Below, in pieces: positions 58,018 through 64,000 of a stretch of 64,000 bases of DNA (position 1 is its first letter; each line of letters begins with the position of its first letter). Source of the DNA: Spirochaetota bacterium (GTDB taxonomy: Bacteria; Spirochaetota; UBA4802; UBA5550); NCBI GenBank assembly GCA_963663865.1, contig OY760686.1:352001-416000 (forward strand), given 5' to 3'. The translations under genes and the position numbers were made by a program. The notes beneath the pieces are model-generated. The model was not told where the DNA came from and searched no databases. It was given only the letters and a program-made list of their open reading frames with translations.

Positions 58018-60997
58018 GCCTGATGTCGTAAGCCGACTTGTTAATTGGAAGCGGAATCACTTCACCCTGCTCCTCTTCCATCTGGTTTTTGGGCGATTGA
58101 GGTTTGTCAGGGATAAGAGCCCCGTCCTTCCTGCCTGTGATGGAAAGAAGGCGTTCTCTGATGTTAGCGTCATTAGGATCTTCTATGGCGGCCTTCTCGT
58201 AACACGATATGGCTTCGTAAGTCCTTCCGAGCTTTTCATAAGCCATTCCCAGATAGAGATAAAGCGCCGCTGATCGTTCATTTGCCTGGATGGCCTGATT
58301 CAGGTAGTCAACGGATTTTTCGGTTTCTCCCATGGAGAAGAAGAGCACTCCCATTTGGAAGAGTACTTTTGGGTGATTGTTTTTGAGTTTCATAGCCTTC
58401 TGAAGGTATAGAAAGGAGTTGTCGAGTTCCTGGAGAGTCAGAGAAAGTATTCCGAGACGATAATTAGCGTCAAAATTATCCGGGTTTATCTTTAAAATGG
58501 CTTTGTAGATTGTTTTAGCGCTTTCCCAATTACGGCTTCGTTCCAGTTCAACGGCGGTTTCGTAGTAATACTGCTCCTTCGACTTAAGCAGAGAATCAAG
58601 ATACAGCCTGAGGTCTGCTCTGTAGGATGAGTATTTCTTCAGGTCAAAAAGCAGCGATGTTTCAGCTTCATAGTCTTCAGCCGCCTCTGAGTATTCAGCT
58701 CTTTTTACTGTCGAGTACATGTCTGGGTAAGAGGCTATATCTCTCTGGAGGTATTGGAGGGAATAATAATCCTCCTTGCTAATTGTTTCAAGGAAAACAG
58801 AATTAGCTGTGAAATAATTATTGAGCTGAGTTTCTGACAACAGCTGTTTATTGTCTGAAGGCTCAGATATGTAAATTCTCTGCCCGACATTTTCTGTTCC
58901 GTCAGAGATGGTTTCAAGCTTTGAAGACCAGAAATGACTTAACATATGATTTGGATGAAAGAACAGTGTCTTGAAAAAATCATCTGAGTTTATTATTTGA
59001 TTTAAATAGTTAAGCCGGTCGGGTGTTACCGCAAGAGAATCCGGGGAGTCGGAGCAAAGAATGAGAATTGTATCGGAAAAAACGTAAACAGAGTGGTGAG
59101 TGAAAAGCTGTGAAAGCGATTGAACCGCGGAGTCGAGGAAGCCTTTCCTCACGAATAATGTATTCAGCGTAAGGGCGAAAATGCCGTCTTTTTTTATGCG
59201 GCTTTTAACGAGGGACAGATAATTCCTGGAAAACTTGAATTGGTTAATAGACTGGTCGAGAAGGTTTGGACATTCAATAATAGTCCTGTATCTTGTCCTG
59301 TTGTTGAGCAGATAGAAAAAAGCATCATGGTTCTCACAGGCGTAAAAGCGTTCTCCGCTTATGGGCAGACTTCTGAAATCGGTGAATGCCGGCGCCAGCG
59401 GCTGTATGCAGTAACTTGACTTAAACAGCGGAATGGCGGGATTCCGAAGGAAACTGCCGTTCCCGTCTACTATCAATACTTTTTCCTGTGAGTCTTCATT
59501 TAGCATCAATACCGGAATATATGATCTTACCATATTTTTGACGGTGCTGTCAGAGAGCTTGAAAGCAGGAATCCCGTCAATTTTAATCAGAGAGCGGTTG
59601 GAAATATAGCGTGCGTTGAAATTCGTACTCTGGAGATCCTGAAAGTTTTCTGCTCTCATTATGAAAGGTGTATTCTCGGCGGATAGACTGAGGTAAATGT
59701 GAGAAAAGACCGCTGACGGAACAAGGAGCATCGCGTAAATGACAAACCCGGCTTTTCGGAACCTGTGTACTTTTCCTGAAAAAGCGTAAAGGCCCGGCAG
59801 GATAATATTGATGCAAATAATGCCGTACAGTAAAAGTACAAACATGAGGTTAGTGAGTTCAAGAAAGGAGAGAGCTGCCCCGAGAGGGAACGGCATAATC
59901 AGAAAAGCAATATCGAGTATTTCATACCTTTTATTGTGTTTGAATCTGGAAATAACGACTCGTGTTATCTGCGATAGAATGTAGCCGAAAAACATAAATA
60001 GCGGGGCTATAAAAAGCAACCCGTGGAACACGCTGATTTTTTCTCCTAACAGCAGCAGCGTATGTTTGTACGCAAGGAAAAGCGGCGGAATTGCCAGAAG
60101 GGAAAGGACATGAGAAAATCGCAATCTGGGAATCTTGCCGATAAAAAAACCGATTGCGGAAGCAATAATTGCAATAACAGTAAAAAGGGTCTTTGTATAA
60201 AAAATCTTGCCAAACGACTTCATGAAAACTGAATAGGTTAGAAAGGAGTATATCACTATAAGGGCTATTCCAAGATAAATGAATAGGATGCTGTCATTTG
60301 CCTTTTCTTTTTCCTCAACGCCGGGGAGAGTGTCTTCGTACCTGTGAGCAATCATTATTTGCGGATTATAGCTGAGTTTGATGAAGGGGATGGAAACTAA
60401 AACCGTGAAGGCCGATATCGCGGCGGCAATTCTAATTGATGACGATGCGTCCAAAAATTGAGGAAGATACTGACCCGCGCCTGTCAGCAAGCCTGCCGAT
60501 AAGCCTGCTGCGGTAAGAAATAGAAAGCCGCTGAGGGGCTGCCTGTCGTCGATGAAATTACCGCTTGAGACTTTCAGGAAGTAATTTGCCTTTATTCCAA
60601 GGCAGAAGAACGTGATAAATAGAACCGCCGCAGGGAAAAATCGAGAATAGCTGTACATTGAGATCAGCGGATCTGTGTCTGCCGGAAAAACCCAGGCCCG
60701 GAGAATCAGCAGGAGTGCGGTTGAGGCGGCAACAAAATCCGAGGCGATATAGACGGCTCTGAAGGACCGCTTTCCTTTCAGCAGAAATCTGCCGGCAATA
60801 TTGCCGAGGAATAGGGCCCCTGCGAATATAAGAATTAGCCTTTGAAGAACAGGTTCATATATAGCATAATACTTGATGGAGGCAGCCAGATCGGTAAGAA
60901 TAAATCCAACCGCGAGAGAAGAGAAAAAGGCGTTGAAGTATATAAGCCTCCGCTGCATTATATTTGAATAGCTGAATTCCTGCAAAAAAGTCATCAA
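57995..60997 (-). CDS. Fused multi-TM / spermidine-synthase-like / TPR protein, degenerate
   Basis: ~430-aa hydrophobic N-terminus; KVLIVDGNG, DAFFYL...YRTII.C, FSRNYL..VKSRI.KDGIF; C-terminal TPRs. Confidence 0.65.
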   Translation of the reverse strand: MMTFLQEFSYSNIMQRRLIYFNAFFSSLAVGFILTDLAASIKYYAIYEPVLQRLILIFAGALFLGNIAGRFLLKGKRSFRAVYIASDFVAASTALLLILRAWVFPADTDPLISMYSYSRFFPAAVLFITFFCLGIKANYFLKVSSGNFIDDRQPLSGFLFLTAAGLSAGLLTGAGQYLPQFLDASSSIRIAAAISAFTVLVSIPFIKLSYNPQIMIAHRYEDTLPGVEEKEKANDSILFIYLGIALIVIYSFLTYSVFMKSFGKIFYTKTLFTVIAIIASAIGFFIGKIPRLRFSHVLSLLAIPPLFLAYKHTLLLLGEKISVFHGLLFIAPLFMFFGYILSQITRVVISRFKHNKRYEILDIAFLIMPFPLGAALSFLELTNLMFVLLLYGIICINIILPGLYAFSGKVHRFRKAGFVIYAMLLVPSAVFSHIYLSLSAENTPFIMRAENFQDLQSTNFNARYISNRSLIKIDGIPAFKLSDSTVKNMVRSYIPVLMLNEDSQEKVLIVDGNGSFLRNPAIPLFKSSYCIQPLAPAFTDFRSLPISGERFYACENHDAFFYLLNNRTRYRTIIECPNLLDQSINQFKFSRNYLSLVKSRIKKDGIFALTLNTLFVRKGFLDSAVQSLSQLFTHHSVYVFSDTILILCSDSPDSLAVTPDRLNYLNQIINSDDFFKTLFFHPNHMLSHFWSSKLETISDGTENVGQRIYISEPSDNKQLLSETQLNNYFTANSVFLETISKEDYYSLQYLQRDIASYPDMYSTVKRAEYSEAAEDYEAETSLLFDLKKYSSYRADLRLYLDSLLKSKEQYYYETAVELERSRNWESAKTIYKAILKINPDNFDANYRLGILSLTLQELDNSFLYLQKAMKLKNNHPKVLFQMGVLFFSMGETEKSVDYLNQAIQANERSAALYLYLGMAYEKLGRTYEAISCYEKAAIEDPNDANIRERLLSITGRKDGALIPDKPQSPKNQMEEEQGEVIPLPINKSAYDIRLGDSAAE

Positions 60998-61275
60998 TTT
61001 AGCTCCATAGAAAGTACTTGTATTTAATCTTTCCTTATCGCAAATAATTACAACAATTTTTCATTATTTATTTTCAAATAGGCGAAATATTAACATAAAG
61101 ATGCGATGTATTCCATGATTATACAGCGCTATGATTCTGCAAAGGCTTAAAAAAGATATTTTTATAAAGGGGTGGATAAAGCCGCTTGCTGGCTCTGGAG
61201 TGTCAGGGATTTCAGAGTCTGTTTTTATCTAAAACCGGGGCCATAAGCAGCCGATCAGTGACAGGGGTGGCTAAA

Positions 61276-62544
61276 TTGAAAAAATATATTCTGCTTTTTG
61301 CTCTGTCTTTGATTACAGTTGCAGCAATATCTCAGGACTATAAGGGGCTTATTCAGACAGGTGACTACTCGGGAGCTCTGAAGATAATCAATTCAAGGCT
61401 GAAGGAATACTATGAGTTGAATATTGAGTACAGAAAGCTTCCTTCACCTTTCATTTCTGATAGAGAGAATATAACGCTTCCTGACTTGAAAAAGCTGTTT
61501 CGTGAAAGAAAAGTCAGGCCTTTCTTTATAGAGGAAAAACCTGAAATAGCTGAGCTTCACCTTGAGGCAGGCAGGTGCAGTATCGCGATCAAGCAATACA
61601 GAAGCGCTGTTTCCCATTTGATACAGTCGTTAAGATACAGAGCGATTGAACCAGGCAGAGACGATGTTGTTTTTGCGGAACTCGCCAGGGCGCATGCTCT
61701 GTCAGGAAACATCAGAGGACAGGTAGACGCGCTTGAGGCCGCTTTTTCCCTTGCACCGGATAAATACAATTACTCGCTTGAATTAGCCGGTATTCTTTCG
61801 CGCGGCGTTGACAGGAAGAGGGCAATATTTCACCTTGAAAGGTATATCTCATCGCTTTCAGGCGATGTTGATCCTGAGCTGTACATAAAGCTTGCCGGTC
61901 TACACGAAGCGGAAGGAGGCTACCTTGATGCTGAAGCTTCCTATGTCAAATATCTTGAAAAGAAAACCCGGGACGGCGGAGTCCACTTTGCTCTGGGAGT
62001 AATAAGCTGCCGCAGGACCGGAAATTTCGCTCTGGCCCGAAGATCTTTCACCAGTGCACTGGAGCTGCTTCCGGAAGAAGACTATTTCCGCAGGTCGAAG
62101 AGCTATGAACATATCGCAGATATGTTCATGAAGGACGTTGAGTATCGAAAAGCTATTGAAGCATATCTCAGGACTGTAGATTTTCAGAATAATATGCTAA
62201 AAAAGGTTGCTGATTCCAGCAAAAGAATAGACGAGCTGTCAGAACGAATAAGGTTAATAAAGGCGGAGCTTGTAAATAAGCGTAATTATGACAGATATAT
62301 GGAGTATGAAGATATCTCTGCTGAAAAGGGCAGACTTGAAGTTGTTCACGAAAGACTGAAGCACGAATATCAGAAGCTCAACCCTGGCGCCGTGCGGTGG
62401 AATTTGGCGCGGGCTTACGAAAGCACTGGACAGCTTGAAGATGCAGTCAGGATGTACCGGGATTCTCTTTCGCTCGGATATAATTCGGCAAAATCAAGAG
62501 AGAACATGGAAAAATTACGATTGAAAATAAAAAGGGGATATTGA
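61276..62544 (+). CDS. Exported TPR protein with internal coiled coil
   Basis: TTG start (MKKYILLFALSL..) after AGGGGTGG; multiple TPRs. Confidence 0.78.
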   Translation: MKKYILLFALSLITVAAISQDYKGLIQTGDYSGALKIINSRLKEYYELNIEYRKLPSPFISDRENITLPDLKKLFRERKVRPFFIEEKPEIAELHLEAGRCSIAIKQYRSAVSHLIQSLRYRAIEPGRDDVVFAELARAHALSGNIRGQVDALEAAFSLAPDKYNYSLELAGILSRGVDRKRAIFHLERYISSLSGDVDPELYIKLAGLHEAEGGYLDAEASYVKYLEKKTRDGGVHFALGVISCRRTGNFALARRSFTSALELLPEEDYFRRSKSYEHIADMFMKDVEYRKAIEAYLRTVDFQNNMLKKVADSSKRIDELSERIRLIKAELVNKRNYDRYMEYEDISAEKGRLEVVHERLKHEYQKLNPGAVRWNLARAYESTGQLEDAVRMYRDSLSLGYNSAKSRENMEKLRLKIKRGY

Positions 62545-62607
62545 ATCATTGTTTTAGTCGGAATCCCGTAATAAACAATCAAACGAGAAAGCAATGGAGG
62601 TGTACCC

Positions 62608-63363
62608 ATGTCCGGACACTCAAAATGGGCCACTATCAAAAGAAAAAAAGGCGCGTTGGATGCCAAACGCGGCGCTATGTTTACCAAGATAATTCGTGAA
62701 ATCACCGTTGCTGCTAAAAACGGCGGTGAGGATATTGACGCTAATCCGAGGCTCAGGACCGCGGTCAACAAGGCCAAGGCCGCGAATATGCCTAATGACA
62801 ATATCGAGAGAGCAATTAAAAAAGGTGCCGGTACTCTTGATGGGGTTGTTTACGAGGAAGTAAGATACGAAGGATACGGTCCGGGCGGTGTCGCAATAAT
62901 GGTAGACTGCCTTACGGACAATAAAAACAGAACAACCCCAGAGATAAGGACTATCTTTAACAAGAACGGCGGCAACCTTGGAGAAAATGGCTCTGTGAGC
63001 TACATGTTTGACCGCAAGGGGATGATTATCATCGAATCCGAACAGACAACAGAAGATGATGTCATGGAAATGCTCATTGATTTTGATATTGAGGATATCA
63101 AAACAGAGGGAGATAGCATTGTCGTAACAACCGGCCCTGACGCCTTCCAGGATGTATCTGATTTTATGCAGAAAAGCGAATTGTCACTTTCAATGAACCA
63201 GCTTACTCTTGTTGCAAAAACCACTGTACCTCTTGATGAGAAGAAGGGTGCGCAATGCCTGAGAATTATTGAGCTGCTTGAGGATCAGGATGACGTTCAG
63301 GATGTTTATTCAAATGAGGATATCCCTGATGATATAATGCTGAAGCTTACTGAGGGGCAGTGA
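62608..63363 (+). CDS. yebC: YebC/PmpR family protein
   Basis: MSGHSKWATIKRKKG, YEGYGPGG, TDNKNRT, DDVQDVYSN. Confidence 0.97.
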   Translation: MSGHSKWATIKRKKGALDAKRGAMFTKIIREITVAAKNGGEDIDANPRLRTAVNKAKAANMPNDNIERAIKKGAGTLDGVVYEEVRYEGYGPGGVAIMVDCLTDNKNRTTPEIRTIFNKNGGNLGENGSVSYMFDRKGMIIIESEQTTEDDVMEMLIDFDIEDIKTEGDSIVVTTGPDAFQDVSDFMQKSELSLSMNQLTLVAKTTVPLDEKKGAQCLRIIELLEDQDDVQDVYSNEDIPDDIMLKLTEGQ

Positions 63364-63848
63364 GGATACTCGGAATAGACCCGGGATATGGGATTCTCGG
63401 GTGGTCTGTTGTTGAGGACAGTCTAAAGCTTGTTGATTTTGGTGTAATTGAAACATCAGCGCGTTCGGCCCTGCCAGAAAGGCTCTGCGAAATATATGAG
63501 GGCATGAAGAAGATTATTGAGCACTACAGGCCCGGGTCCGCTGCGATAGAAAAGCTTTATTTTTCACGCAATACTACTACCGCTCTTGATGTGGCACGCT
63601 GTCTTGGTGTGGTAATTCTGGCCTTGAAGCAGTCAGATATAGAGTACTCGGAGTACAGCCCCTCGCAGGTTAAGCTTGCTGTTTCCGGCTACGGAAAAGC
63701 TGGAAAGGGGCAGATGCAGACCGCCGTGAAGATGCTCTTCGGTATCAGCGATGTCCCCCGGCCTGACGACGCGGCAGACGCCGCTGCCGTGGCAGCCTGC
63801 CACTGCCTGAGCCTGCCTTCAGCCGGAATGAGAAAGTCAGGTTTTTAA
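63360..63848 (+). CDS. ruvC: Crossover junction endodeoxyribonuclease RuvC
   Basis: ILGIDPG, AIEKLYF..N, YSPSQVK..V.GYG.A.K.Q, PDDAADA. Confidence 0.96.
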   Translation: MRILGIDPGYGILGWSVVEDSLKLVDFGVIETSARSALPERLCEIYEGMKKIIEHYRPGSAAIEKLYFSRNTTTALDVARCLGVVILALKQSDIEYSEYSPSQVKLAVSGYGKAGKGQMQTAVKMLFGISDVPRPDDAADAAAVAACHCLSLPSAGMRKSGF

Positions 63849-64000
63849 CAGCAGCTGTATCTCTACAGTGTTGCGGTTCCCGCTTCTCGAATAGCTGACA
63901 TTGTCGGCAAGCTTTCGAATCATGTAAATTCCAAGACCGCGTTTTTTGCCTGAAGCGGCATGCACATTGATATCGGGCAGATTAACCCTGGTAAGGTCGA
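63837..64000 (-). CDS. C-terminal fragment of an RsbW/SpoIIAB-like HATPase (anti-sigma kinase); truncated by the window end
   Basis: Minus-strand translation DLTRVNLPDINVHAASGKKRGLGIYMIRKLADNVSYSRSGNRNTVEIQLLLKT* (GLGI..I..L.D.V.Y motif). Confidence 0.8.
   Translation of the reverse strand, partial: DLTRVNLPDINVHAASGKKRGLGIYMIRKLADNVSYSRSGNRNTVEIQLLLKT

Noticed and set aside
1-64000. CRISPR arrays, tRNA/rRNA genes, IS elements, prophage or defence systems
   Set aside because: No regularly spaced repeats, cloverleaf signatures, transposase, integrase or defence-gene motifs were seen by eye.

Overview
A 64-kb chromosomal segment from a spirochaete-like bacterium, most likely Leptospira-related (inferred from a LipL46-like lipoprotein, a class II LysRS and a DUF4416 gene). 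It is mostly housekeeping genes: XPB helicase, ileS-lspA, aspartokinase, xseAB, pyrF, ispD, mntP, lysS, yebC-ruvC. The first ~300 bp look like a replication origin: an AT-rich tract, in-register DnaA-trios and five DnaA-box-like 9-mers that all end in AACA instead of CACA. A mosaic ABC-transporter-dependent surface-glycan locus spans ~18.6-35.5 kb. It holds wzm, wzt, a methyltransferase, an alpha/alpha-toroid protein, a GT2-GT2-GT4 polymerase-like protein, a LegB-like dehydratase/nucleotidyltransferase/reductase trio and further GTs. Signalling genes include REC-GGDEF, PilZ, a Spy-ECF-anti-sigma operon, STAS, an RsbW-like fragment and a HEAT protein with a degenerate cyclase domain. I also found an unlisted 29-aa hydrophobic ORF with its own promoter and RBS. 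I saw no tRNA, rRNA, CRISPR array, transposase or integrase. All family assignments are from motif recognition by eye, not database searches.
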